Positions 15,455 to 24,992 of a DNA stretch of 64,000 bases are shown one piece after another. Made by a program: the position numbers and the translations under genes. Source of the DNA: a virus; IMG/VR virus record IMGVR_UViG_3300020185_000014, positions 1 through 64,000 of that record. One strand, 5' to 3'. Position 1 is the first letter of the stretch. Each line of letters begins with the position of its first letter. Under the pieces are notes generated by a model. It was not told the origin of the DNA, did no database searches, and saw nothing but the letters and a program-made list of their open reading frames with translations.

Positions 15455-16807
15455 TTAGGCGAGGATATTGTCCACGCGGAAAATACGGTAATATTGATTG
15501 CTCTTAGCAGCAGCAAGACCATCAGCAGGTGTTTGACCAACGAATGGGTTAGATGCCATACCATAACGAGTCTTGAACCCGATACGTGGTTGGAAGTCAT
15601 CTTCGCCAACCGCACGTACCATCTGAAGAGGAACGTATGGGCAGTAGAAAACACCAGCGTCATATGGGTTTGTACCCTTATAACCAACAGTTACATAATC
15701 AGCAACTGCATATGGGTCGATATAGACGCGAGTACGACCATTCAGAACACCAGCAAAGGTGTTACCTGTATCGTCTACTGACAAGTTAGCAGAGATAGCA
15801 GGTGCATAGTCGAGCATACCAGAAGCAACAAGAGCAGTAGCAACATCTGAAGAACAGATGATTACGTTACCCTTACCGCGACGAGTTTCTTTAGCAATAA
15901 CGTTTGCTTCGCGCTCTAATTGAACTAACAGACCCTTGAACTTCTCAACAGACCAACGACCGTCAGCATCAGTTGAAAGGTCAAAAATACCTTTAGTTTG
16001 GATACCCTGTTGCAAACAACCTGTCTTAGCTTGACCGTTAATAGTACGGACAACTTCTCGGTTAATTTCAGCGAGGATTTCAGTTGACAAGATGTTTGCC
16101 AATTCTGTTTCAGCGTCAAGACCGTGGATCGCGCGCAAGTCTTGTGCGAGTTCCAAAGAGTATTCGGCTTTCAGGGCACGTGAACGAGCAGTAACAGTTG
16201 CCTTCTCGATTGTGAAACCCATTTCTGCGAAAGCAGAACCAACGCCCAAGTTTTCAGCGTCAGCAGTAGGCATGCCTTGAGTTGCAGGGGGCGTACCCAA
16301 ACCTGCAGGTGCAGCGCGGTCATCGTCAATAGATGAGTCAGTGTTTGCATCAGCAACACCAGACAGACCTGAAGGACCACCAGTTTGTGACAAAGAAGAG
16401 TCGCCAGAAAACGGTGACATAGGCTCTTGAAACAACGCTTCGTCGCCAGTAGTGGCACCGCCGCGAGTTGTCTTGTATCGTGACTTCATAGCGAAGATCA
16501 GACCAGTCGGTCCAGTCATCGGTTGAACGCCACACAAGTCATATGCCATCAGGTTCGGCATAGCGCGACGAACCAAAGCGATCAAGACTGGATCCCAGTT
16601 CGCGCCGCCAGGACCACCAGTCACTGCTGCGTTAGTGTTTGTTGGTGCTTCGACGAGCATTTCGTTCTGCTCGCGGAAAGCGATTTCTTGGTTTTCTAAA
16701 ACGGCAGCAGTAACTGCTCGTCGGTGATGATCGGTGATCTTGCCTGCTGATTCTTCATTCAGAACAGGAGACCATTTCTCAATCAGTTTATCGTAAGAAA
16801 TTTGCAT
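15455..16807 (-). CDS. gp23: Major capsid protein gp23
   Basis: LVRRAMPNLMAYDLCGVQPMTGPTGLIFAM, RALKAEYSLELAQDL, FQPRIGFKTRYG. Confidence 0.98.
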   Translation of the reverse strand: MQISYDKLIEKWSPVLNEESAGKITDHHRRAVTAAVLENQEIAFREQNEMLVEAPTNTNAAVTGGPGGANWDPVLIALVRRAMPNLMAYDLCGVQPMTGPTGLIFAMKSRYKTTRGGATTGDEALFQEPMSPFSGDSSLSQTGGPSGLSGVADANTDSSIDDDRAAPAGLGTPPATQGMPTADAENLGVGSAFAEMGFTIEKATVTARSRALKAEYSLELAQDLRAIHGLDAETELANILSTEILAEINREVVRTINGQAKTGCLQQGIQTKGIFDLSTDADGRWSVEKFKGLLVQLEREANVIAKETRRGKGNVIICSSDVATALVASGMLDYAPAISANLSVDDTGNTFAGVLNGRTRVYIDPYAVADYVTVGYKGTNPYDAGVFYCPYVPLQMVRAVGEDDFQPRIGFKTRYGMASNPFVGQTPADGLAAAKSNQYYRIFRVDNILA

Positions 16808-16810
16808 TTT

Positions 16811-17857
16811 TTACTCCTTAGTGGATTTCTTAATTGCTTGAAGATACCTGGCCATTGCAGTGTTATCTGCTACAACAGGCGCTTCCCAATCTTCTTCGAT
16901 TTCTTCTACATCAGATGAAGTTTTCTTAGAGAAGTATGCTTCTTTGACAGTTTTAACTTTCAAGGAAAACGATGCTTCGTCTTCGAACTCTAATGTGGAT
17001 ACGAGAGATTCTAATTTTTCGATTTCTGTATCTGCGAGATCACGTGAGGATTCGCGAATTACCGCTTCCCTCAGTGCACTTTCGAGTTTAACAGAAAGTT
17101 CGATTGCTGATTCAGTTTGAGCGTTGAGTTTTGATTCCAACTCTTCAACTTGCTCAGCGAGTTCGTCAACTAGGTCTACTTTGGATTCAGGAACCTCAAT
17201 ATAAGATTCTTCGAACAGGTTGCGCAGACTTGACATGAAATCTTCAGCGATTTCAGTTCGAAGTCCAGTTGTGATACCAACCTTGTTTTCTTCCATCCAT
17301 GTTTCAACAACATAGTTAAGATAGTTATCAACCTTTTCAACGAGATCATCACGAGTAACTTGGATTTCTTCGTCGAGTTTAGTTTGATATTCATTCTCTA
17401 AACGCTCTACTTCTGCAGAAACTTTAGAACGAATTGCGGTTTCAAAGATCACGGCAGTTTTTGCTTTGAATTCATCAGAAAGCGTCGCTTCTGATTCAAC
17501 AAGAGCACTGAGGTCATCAGAAAAATCGTATGACGTTTCTGGTAGTTCAACTACTTCTTCGTCTGCAATATCTCCGAGTTCTTCAGACATTTTAGCATAT
17601 GCGGCAGTCAGTTGGTCTTTCTTCATTCCAGACAACTTTGTGTACATAGCATTAATGAATGCTGCTTTGGTCTTTGGCATTGGATCGGCTGCTTTTAAGT
17701 TATCCCCTTTACGAGCGGGAGCACGTTTTGTGCCGTCTTCTGCCTTTTCAACAGATGCAATTGATTGTGCTTCTGCGTTTTTCATGTCGTGAGTTTGTTC
17801 TTCCTCGAGTTCGATGTCCTCATCAGGAAGATCAACACTCATGTTTTCTTCAGTCAT
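16811..17857 (-). CDS. gp22: Prohead core scaffold protein gp22
   Basis: Acidic coiled coil; LSDEFKAKTAVIFE, KVDNYLNYVVETWM. Confidence 0.93.
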   Translation of the reverse strand: MTEENMSVDLPDEDIELEEEQTHDMKNAEAQSIASVEKAEDGTKRAPARKGDNLKAADPMPKTKAAFINAMYTKLSGMKKDQLTAAYAKMSEELGDIADEEVVELPETSYDFSDDLSALVESEATLSDEFKAKTAVIFETAIRSKVSAEVERLENEYQTKLDEEIQVTRDDLVEKVDNYLNYVVETWMEENKVGITTGLRTEIAEDFMSSLRNLFEESYIEVPESKVDLVDELAEQVEELESKLNAQTESAIELSVKLESALREAVIRESSRDLADTEIEKLESLVSTLEFEDEASFSLKVKTVKEAYFSKKTSSDVEEIEEDWEAPVVADNTAMARYLQAIKKSTKE

Positions 17858-17860
17858 GTC

Positions 17861-18529
17861 TTACTCCTTTAAATTTGAAGATTTGAGCAACGAGAGGAAA
17901 TTTTTAAACTCACGAACCTGCGTCTCATATAGAGCAGCACGCGGAGCTTTTTTAATTTCTGTCTCCATTTCTTCAATCACTTGAGGTTCAATAATGCCAT
18001 TATTCCAAACCCATTCGACGCCTTCCATTATCCCATTAACGAATGCTGCTGGCGCTGACGGATCTTGTACAATATCAACTGTATTAAGAATAAAATCGTC
18101 TTTGACGACCATGTAACCATTACGACTCTCAAGACTACCCATACCACGAGTTGAAACACCTAGTTTGACTCCCCCATCAAGAAGACCTTTAACAATCTTG
18201 CCATTCGGAGTATCTAATATAGATGCTTTTCCAATAACATCATTACCTTCCCATTGGAGGGCAGTGATGAGATGTGAAACTTTGTCTAGATTTACTGACG
18301 GACCTTCGGGGTGATTTAATTCACCCACTGCCCTTTTTGTTTTAACTTGGGTTTGAACGTATTGTTCAACTGCTTTTTCCATGATGGGGCGCGGATAGAT
18401 TCGACCGTTGCGGTTCTTCTGTTCCGCTTGCGCGAAAACGCCTTCGATGGCATAGGATTTACCGCCACCTTCTTTTGCTTCTGTAATCACTTCAAGATCT
18501 TGATCCTGATATTCAGCAATTAATTTCAT
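17861..18529 (-). CDS. gp21: Prohead protease gp21
   Basis: NRNGRIYP, GELNHP, LGVSTRGMGSL, DIVQDPSAP. Confidence 0.97.
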   Translation of the reverse strand: MKLIAEYQDQDLEVITEAKEGGGKSYAIEGVFAQAEQKNRNGRIYPRPIMEKAVEQYVQTQVKTKRAVGELNHPEGPSVNLDKVSHLITALQWEGNDVIGKASILDTPNGKIVKGLLDGGVKLGVSTRGMGSLESRNGYMVVKDDFILNTVDIVQDPSAPAAFVNGIMEGVEWVWNNGIIEPQVIEEMETEIKKAPRAALYETQVREFKNFLSLLKSSNLKE

Positions 18530-18750
18530 CCACGCATTCCTCTTAATTCTTTAGCAAATTGCGTTCCGACCTTTTCCGCTTCTTTCTGCGAAGGATACGA
18601 ATCCAATTTTTCGCCATCAATAAAAACAGTAAATTTTGATCCTGTCTTATAAATCTTTAAATCGGCGCCAGCAATCTTCTTGTTGAAGATGTGCTTGTTC
18701 GCCGGAATCTTGTCTTTTCTTTTTTGTCTAATTTCAAATATTGACTTCAT
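18526..18750 (-). CDS. Small basic prohead-core-region protein (gp68 position)
   Basis: 74-aa ORF with ATGA overlap with gp21 and a late promoter directly upstream. Confidence 0.65.
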   Translation of the reverse strand: MKSIFEIRQKRKDKIPANKHIFNKKIAGADLKIYKTGSKFTVFIDGEKLDSYPSQKEAEKVGTQFAKELRGMRG

Positions 18751-18756
18751 GACAAT

Positions 18757-18764
18757 TATTTATA
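18757..18764 (-). promoter_or_regulatory. T4-type late promoter
   Basis: TATAAATA on the minus strand. Confidence 0.72.
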
Positions 18765-18785
18765 ACAGAAAAAATCTTAAGAAAT

Positions 18786-19055
18786 TTACTCTGTTTCCTC
18801 GCCTGAAACTTCGAGTTCATCAGCAAATTCTTCTTCGCCTTCTTCGGCATTATTGAAGATATTGTTTGCTAACCCAATTCTTGTTTGGTCCAGCGCAATT
18901 TGCACCCTATCGTCAAGCAGGTCTTTGAACTGATTTTCGGCGGCGGAATACTCTTTAGATGAGACAGAATTGAGAAAATCGTGAATTCCTTGATTCTCTA
19001 ATTCGGGGGAAGGTGTTTCTTGATTTTCGATATCACTTGTTTCAAATTCTGACAT
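18786..19055 (-). CDS. Small acidic prohead core protein (gp67-like position)
   Basis: 89 aa, very acidic; GAGG RBS; synteny between portal and protease. Confidence 0.7.
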   Translation of the reverse strand: MSEFETSDIENQETPSPELENQGIHDFLNSVSSKEYSAAENQFKDLLDDRVQIALDQTRIGLANNIFNNAEEGEEEFADELEVSGEETE

Positions 19056-19086
19056 ATTATAATCCTCATATTAAAAAAAATAATTT

Positions 19087-19119
19087 AAAACCATACGGGG
19101 GGAAAGGTCCCCCCGATGG
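19087..19119 (-). terminator. Intrinsic terminator after the 590-aa repeat gene
   Basis: GC-rich stem (G6/C6 core) followed by TTTT on the minus strand. Confidence 0.65.
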
Positions 19120-19172
19120 AAATTACCACTTCTCTAAGGTTATATATGCCTTAGATAATTACTGTATATTGC

Positions 19173-20945
19173 TTATACAGATACTTGATGACGAACAACC
19201 TTATAAGAAGGTTGTTCAGCACTTTCTGCGACAGCAGAAAGTTCTACAACAGATCCACTAATAGCAGCAGAGAATGTTGCGAGTACGCCATTAGACTTAA
19301 TCACACCAAACTCAGTAGTCATAGCAGTTGAGCTACCATCATGCAATACCAAGATCTCAGAAGTCTGGTACTTATTACCAGAAGAGACCTGAATTGTGAA
19401 TCGAGCAGAACGCCAGTCCGCGATCGCGAATGACGAAATCACCTGAGTTGCTCCTGCAGATCCAGCAGCAGGGGTAGCGCTAGTGTCAATCAAAGCGACG
19501 TCGTCAATCTTAACAGAACTGAATTGAACGTCGTCAGTTGTTGCTACTGCCTGGCCGATTGCAATTACACCAGTTGCTGGAGTATATGTTACGCCAGTAC
19601 CAGCAGAAATAGCATTTTTAGCATCAGAGTCTGCGCGCGATGCAGTATAGTACAACTTATCGCCTTCAGCGAGGTCAGTTGTTGACATAGTACCAAAGTC
19701 TGAATCAAAGCGTACTGTCTGATAGAACAACTTATCGCCTTCAGCGAGGTCAGTTGTTGACATAGTACCAAAGTCTGAGTCAAAGCGTACTGTTTGGTAG
19801 AACAACTTATCGCCTTCGGCGAGGTCGGTTGTTGACATAGTACCAAAATCGCTATCGAAGCGTACTGTTGTATAGTACAACTTATCGCCTTCGGCGAGGT
19901 CAGTCGTTGTCTTAAGGGCAAAATCGCTATTGAAGTAAGAAGTTTTGTAATACTTATTCGTCAGACCTTCGGACAAATCGTCTGATGTCTTAGTACCAAA
20001 GTCTGAATCAAAGCGTACTGTCTGATAGAACAACTTATCGCCTTCGGCGAGATCAGTTGTCGACTTATCACCAAAATCGCTATCAAAACGTACTGTTGTA
20101 TAGAACAACTTATCGCCTTCAGCAAGATCAGTCGTCGACATAGTACCAAAGTCTGAGTCGAAACGTACTGTTGTATAGAACAACTTATCGCCTTCAGCAA
20201 GATCAGTTGTCGAGTTATCACCAAAATCGCTATCAAAACGTGCTGTTGTATAGAACAACTTATCGCCTTCGGCGAGATCAGTTGTCGACATAGTACCAAA
20301 GTCTGAATCAAAACGTACTGTTGTGTAGTACAGATTAGTTGAACCTTCAGTAACATCATCAGTTGTATTGGTCAAAGAACCAAAAGTCAACGCGCCTGTT
20401 ACTTCCATAGCAGCAGACATAGTAACGTTCTGCGATGAGTCACCAGCAATAGAGATATTACCTTGACCATCTGCGACGATTAACTGATTGTCTTTTCCAA
20501 CAATCGTTGATCCGCTAGCACGACCAATAATCGTGTTTGAACTTTCGCTAGTGAGAGAAGAACCTGCTTCGTCACCGATAATTGTGTTACCAGAACCGGT
20601 GCTTAGGGAAGCAGCGCCAGACTCACCGACTACGACGTTATCTACGCCGGATGAGATTGAAGCCAATACCCCGTCACCGAGACCAGTATTAGATGAGTTT
20701 GTTAAACCGAGTAAGAATGTGTCGCTATCATTAGCGGGTGCGAAATTCTGCGAAGCAGAATCCCACTTGATGATCTGGCCATCAGTAATATTACTGATGT
20801 TAACATCAACCATATCGGCAATGCTACCAGTTCCTGCGACGGTTTCCAAACCAACATTTGAAATTTGAATCTGAGCGAGCGAATCGAATGCGAGTACGCT
20901 TCCAATTCTAAGACCGCCTAGAATTTCGAAATCTTGTTTAGCCAT
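19173..20945 (-). CDS. Virion fibre-like protein with ten 25-aa repeats
   Basis: NxxxG beta-roll repeats, ten copies of TTDLAEGDKLFYxTVRFDSDFG, and a C-terminal domain similar to that of the neighbouring collagen-like gene. Confidence 0.75.
   Translation of the reverse strand: MAKQDFEILGGLRIGSVLAFDSLAQIQISNVGLETVAGTGSIADMVDVNISNITDGQIIKWDSASQNFAPANDSDTFLLGLTNSSNTGLGDGVLASISSGVDNVVVGESGAASLSTGSGNTIIGDEAGSSLTSESSNTIIGRASGSTIVGKDNQLIVADGQGNISIAGDSSQNVTMSAAMEVTGALTFGSLTNTTDDVTEGSTNLYYTTVRFDSDFGTMSTTDLAEGDKLFYTTARFDSDFGDNSTTDLAEGDKLFYTTVRFDSDFGTMSTTDLAEGDKLFYTTVRFDSDFGDKSTTDLAEGDKLFYQTVRFDSDFGTKTSDDLSEGLTNKYYKTSYFNSDFALKTTTDLAEGDKLYYTTVRFDSDFGTMSTTDLAEGDKLFYQTVRFDSDFGTMSTTDLAEGDKLFYQTVRFDSDFGTMSTTDLAEGDKLYYTASRADSDAKNAISAGTGVTYTPATGVIAIGQAVATTDDVQFSSVKIDDVALIDTSATPAAGSAGATQVISSFAIADWRSARFTIQVSSGNKYQTSEILVLHDGSSTAMTTEFGVIKSNGVLATFSAAISGSVVELSAVAESAEQPSYKVVRHQVSV
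19618..20366 (-). repeat. Coding tandem repeat, 75-nt unit, about 10 copies
   Basis: CAACTTATCGCCTTC recurs every 75 nt; two units are diverged. Confidence 0.9.
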
Positions 20946-20990
20946 TAAAGGATTCCTTTTGTGTGTTTATGGATTATTACTATAGTATTT

Positions 20991-22661
20991 TCAGGACTTG
21001 ATGGAAGACCGCAATACTTTATATACCATATGGTCCGAGGAACTTGGCGTTGTCAATAGTCTAACATCGTTATTATTTATATCAGACGAGAAATTGGCAA
21101 GGTTTGTGTCGGCGGTAGATAATACGCCATAAACAGTTATGAAAGGATTTGCGCTGTCGTGTAACAATAACACTTCAGCAGATTCATGAGTATTGTTAAC
21201 AGTATCATGAATTTGAATAGTAAACTTTGCTGTTCTATAACTAATATTGAACGAATCAATGGGAACAGTATCCACCGAATTCGTTTCTGTGATTGTTAAT
21301 GACGATAGGTTGACTTCTGCATTAGCGCCAATGTATAATGAGTTTGCGCTATCCATATGGATTTTTGTATTACCTTCGCCGTCAGATACAACAACCTGAT
21401 TGCTTAAACCTTCGATCGCTGATCCGTCGCCAGCGCCGATTAGTACATTATAATTGCCGCTAATTAAAGCGTTACCCGCGCCAGCACCAATGACAGTATT
21501 GCCGACTGCGTCTTCAGATATTTTAAGTGCTTCGAACCCGATCGCAGTATTATGCGTTCCCGAAACATTTGTGTCTAGGGCGTCGAGTCCAACTGCAGTG
21601 TTAGTCGTGAACCCGCCTAGACCGTGGGAAAGGATTGTTTCGTTATTAATTAAGAACCCGCCGGTGGGTGTTGTAGCGTTGAACCCGTTGGTCGCGTTAA
21701 ACGTATCACCTTGAAAAGTTTCGGATGAAATAATCCCGCCGGTTGATATAACGCTGAGAATATAATTAGAGTCGATCAATCCAAAAAGTTGAGCAGAATC
21801 GATTGTACCTTCGCCGCCCAACAGGTTCGCCGGAGATAAAACGAATTTATTTTTTACCGAACTAAATGCTAAAACATCACCGTCGTTTGCTTTCGAAAGC
21901 GGAGCATATTCAACGTCAGCGTTATCTAATAATTTATATGACCCGCCGCCGCTAGTACCTGCTCCGCCAGATCGCGCTGATATTCTTGATAGTCTTTGAT
22001 CTATTCTTCGATTAATTTCGTCTTGGTGATTTTTAACTTCTGTTTGGAAATCTTTACGAAGTTCTTCAAACTTTGGCGTAACGTCAGGCGCTGATTCCCC
22101 AGCAACTCCAGGGTCGCCCTTTTCGCCTTTCTCACCCTGAGTCCCGCGCTCTCCCAAGTCTCCTTTGGGTCCGGTCGCTCCTGTATCACCTTTTTCTCCT
22201 TTCTCGCCGACTGCGCCTTGAAGTCCAGGAAACCCTTGCGGACCTTCTGGACCAATTCCGCCTTGCGGACCTTCAATACCTTGTATACCGATCGGACCGG
22301 TATCGCCCTTTGGACCGATCGGACCAATTCCACCGATCTCGCCTTTAAGACCGATTGGACCAGCCGGACCTGTTAACCCGATGTCTCCCGTTTCGCCTTT
22401 CTCGCCCTTCTCACCTTTAGGACCACGCCTCCCTTCTAAACCAGTTTCGCCGCGATCGCCCTTAGAACCTTTTTGCCCATCCGGACCTTGCTTGCCTTGA
22501 AAGTGATGCTTTGTTGCTGACCGAACTTCCTTTGCTATGAAGTCGAGTTCTTCGGCAAGAGACAAAGTGCGTTGATCGATTTTTCCTTCCAATCGATCCA
22601 ACTCGTTCTTGGTGAACGCAATGTTAAATGCCGCAACAGCTGAGGGTTTAATCTTAGACAT
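20991..22661 (-). CDS. Collagen-like fibre protein
   Basis: 45 uninterrupted Gly-X-Y triplets (about 22092-22496) flanked by coiled coils; NTAVG/NTAIG repeats; TAATG overlap with the portal gene. Confidence 0.85.
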   Translation of the reverse strand: MSKIKPSAVAAFNIAFTKNELDRLEGKIDQRTLSLAEELDFIAKEVRSATKHHFQGKQGPDGQKGSKGDRGETGLEGRRGPKGEKGEKGETGDIGLTGPAGPIGLKGEIGGIGPIGPKGDTGPIGIQGIEGPQGGIGPEGPQGFPGLQGAVGEKGEKGDTGATGPKGDLGERGTQGEKGEKGDPGVAGESAPDVTPKFEELRKDFQTEVKNHQDEINRRIDQRLSRISARSGGAGTSGGGSYKLLDNADVEYAPLSKANDGDVLAFSSVKNKFVLSPANLLGGEGTIDSAQLFGLIDSNYILSVISTGGIISSETFQGDTFNATNGFNATTPTGGFLINNETILSHGLGGFTTNTAVGLDALDTNVSGTHNTAIGFEALKISEDAVGNTVIGAGAGNALISGNYNVLIGAGDGSAIEGLSNQVVVSDGEGNTKIHMDSANSLYIGANAEVNLSSLTITETNSVDTVPIDSFNISYRTAKFTIQIHDTVNNTHESAEVLLLHDSANPFITVYGVLSTADTNLANFSSDINNNDVRLLTTPSSSDHMVYKVLRSSIKS

Positions 22662-24364
22662 TAATCAGAAACCGCGTTATTAAAATATTTGGTTGCTTCG
22701 GCGAACAAGTCTTCTGATTTAGATTCTTTGTCCGTATTGTCCGTTAAGTACCTGGACATTGATTCTATTAGTTCGTCTTCAGAGTGAATGGTTTCGTCTT
22801 CTTTACCTGATGTTGTGGGCATCGGAAGTCTTAATACTTCTGCCACATTTGGTTCCGGTTTCTTTTCGGGCGGTTCTGAATCTGTAGGTTCTTCGCCAGC
22901 AATTTCTTTATCTAGGGTCTTTACTTCTTCGTCGTTGAGTCGTAGAACGTTCTTCAAGATCCATTCTCGAGAGAAGAACTCGCCGACAAACGGTTGCGCT
23001 TCAGACAATAAATTAATTCTTTCGCGCATTAATTCCGCTTCTTTCAATTCAGTGAAGTGGTTGTCCTTAATGAAATCAACGCTGATATCATTCTTCCACT
23101 GGTCCCAATCTTGTGAAGTAATAATGCCTTTAAGAATTAATTGCTTCTTAAGAATACCGAGAAACATATTCGAAAACCTTTTTCTCAATCGGTCAACGAA
23201 CTTTTGGAATTTAAGTTCGTCTCGTGTGATCTCTGTAGAACGACCAATAGCAAACTGTGATTCTTGTTCTAAACGGTTGACCGGCACATTAAGCGCGCGA
23301 TATAGTCGTTTTTGGAAATAGATGATGTCGTCGATTTGTCCGAGGTTTTCCCCTCCAGGCAACGTTGAAATTTCGGTTCCTTTACCGCCTTCTCTACGCG
23401 GTAACCAAAAGTCTTCAAGCATTGACATAACCTTCCTGTCGTCCTTGAGTTTACCTGTATCGGCATCATAGACTAGTTTATTTCTGTACTTTGTCATGAT
23501 GTTGGTCATGTATTCTTCTGATTTACCTTTCGGCATATTACCAACATCGATGTAGAAAATTCTTCTTTCGGGTGCGCGCGCGAGGCGATAGATGACCAAC
23601 GAGTCTTCCATCATACGCAACTGGTTAATTGGTTTAAGCGCTTTGTGTAAGTGAGACACGACTTTCTTTTTAGTTTCGTCGAGCAAACCCGAACTGACAT
23701 AACTAATCGAGTCAGGAGAAAGTTTAACCCCTGAGTTGGTTGCCCCTGGTTTTTCTTCGAAGATGAAAAACTCTTCTGTCTTGTCGACAATTTTTACGCC
23801 AGTCTTTGGATCTTTTTTGTACTTGACGTTTTTGACTTTACGAATTCTTGACGAATCGATATTTCGTATTTCTTGAATGCCTGCTTTTAGGTTAGACTCG
23901 TTAACTAATAAGTGATGATAACACCTACCGTCAACATACCAAGAACGAAAAATGTCATGTCCGAGTTCGTTGAACTTTAACATAGCGACAATTCGTTCAA
24001 ATTCTTGAGACATTTGACTTTTAATTTTATCTGACGTTTCAACTTTTTCTAGACTGAGTGAAACATTTGATTCTAACTCTGATGCAGTGATACATTCATT
24101 GACGATTTCTTCAATTGCAGTGTCGACTTCAGGGTGCATTGAAACGCCACGGTATTTAATAATTAATTGATGATTGTCCTTCGACCCATCACCGTCCATA
24201 TTAATGTACTGCGCGTAGTGCCCTGCCGCTGAAGTTACATATCCAGCGCCGTCATCATCTGTCGGAGGAACGATCGCTTGTAATTTATTAGAAGCACTTT
24301 CTTCTTTAGATCGTCGTATTTCAAATCCGAACAGTTTTAAAATACCGTTGTCATTTTCTGCCAT
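22661..24364 (-). CDS. gp20: Portal vertex protein gp20
   Basis: LRMMEDSLVIYRLARAPERRIFYIDVGN, EDFWLPRREGGKGTEISTLPGG. ATG at 24364 preferred to TTG at 24376. Confidence 0.97.
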   Translation of the reverse strand: MAENDNGILKLFGFEIRRSKEESASNKLQAIVPPTDDDGAGYVTSAAGHYAQYINMDGDGSKDNHQLIIKYRGVSMHPEVDTAIEEIVNECITASELESNVSLSLEKVETSDKIKSQMSQEFERIVAMLKFNELGHDIFRSWYVDGRCYHHLLVNESNLKAGIQEIRNIDSSRIRKVKNVKYKKDPKTGVKIVDKTEEFFIFEEKPGATNSGVKLSPDSISYVSSGLLDETKKKVVSHLHKALKPINQLRMMEDSLVIYRLARAPERRIFYIDVGNMPKGKSEEYMTNIMTKYRNKLVYDADTGKLKDDRKVMSMLEDFWLPRREGGKGTEISTLPGGENLGQIDDIIYFQKRLYRALNVPVNRLEQESQFAIGRSTEITRDELKFQKFVDRLRKRFSNMFLGILKKQLILKGIITSQDWDQWKNDISVDFIKDNHFTELKEAELMRERINLLSEAQPFVGEFFSREWILKNVLRLNDEEVKTLDKEIAGEEPTDSEPPEKKPEPNVAEVLRLPMPTTSGKEDETIHSEDELIESMSRYLTDNTDKESKSEDLFAEATKYFNNAVSD

Positions 24365-24386
24365 GTTATTTTCCAAAATATAAAGG

Positions 24387-24422
24387 GATACTTGAGACCC
24401 GATTTAATGGGTCTCAAGTATC
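24387..24422 (-). terminator. 14-bp perfect hairpin between gp19 and gp20 (terminator or attenuator)
   Basis: GATACTTGAGACCC-N8-GGGTCTCAAGTATC. Confidence 0.6.
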
Positions 24423-24453
24423 TAGGCTCAAAATATCACACCAAGTATAACTA

Positions 24454-24981
24454 TTAACTTGTTGTGTCTGATTCCCAATATTGCATTTGAAATTCTACAG
24501 TGAACCGCTCAACTTCGTCAACCGCCCCATAACCAACAGCAATTTCAGAAACCGCTGTCGGGAAACAACCACGGAGGTTGTATCTTTTGATCACGCTTTC
24601 GTCGCGATCTAATTGATCGACCATCAGGTCAGTTTGATAGTCTGTGGGGTTGGTTAAACCTGTGTTGGATGCATGACCGTTGATACCGTTCATCCATCGC
24701 TCCATTGAATTGCGAACCTGAAAATCAGTATCGTTGATGATAGTTACTGTCCAAGGTTCAAACACGCGATCCCCTGCGATTTTTACTTGCCTTCCGCGAA
24801 ACGGGACGTTGATTAAACCAACGATCGATTGAGGAAGAACAGCGCTCTCGCACAGGAATGATGTTAGTTCAACATCACCCGCAGCGTATGCGGGAAAATT
24901 CAAAGTTGCTTTGAATAACGTGGGGCGAGCACCGCCGCCGCGCAACTTTGCTTTAAAGTCATCGACTCCTAAAATAGCCAT
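24454..24981 (-). CDS. gp19: Tail tube protein gp19
   Basis: GGARPTLF, VPFRGRQVKIAGDRVFEPWTVTIINDTDF. Confidence 0.96.
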   Translation of the reverse strand: MAILGVDDFKAKLRGGGARPTLFKATLNFPAYAAGDVELTSFLCESAVLPQSIVGLINVPFRGRQVKIAGDRVFEPWTVTIINDTDFQVRNSMERWMNGINGHASNTGLTNPTDYQTDLMVDQLDRDESVIKRYNLRGCFPTAVSEIAVGYGAVDEVERFTVEFQMQYWESDTTS

Positions 24982-24992
24982 TTAAATTCTCC

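Noticed and set aside
19618-20366. 75-nt periodic repeats as CRISPR or ncRNA
   Set aside because: Variation is mostly synonymous and the whole unit encodes a 25-aa protein repeat.
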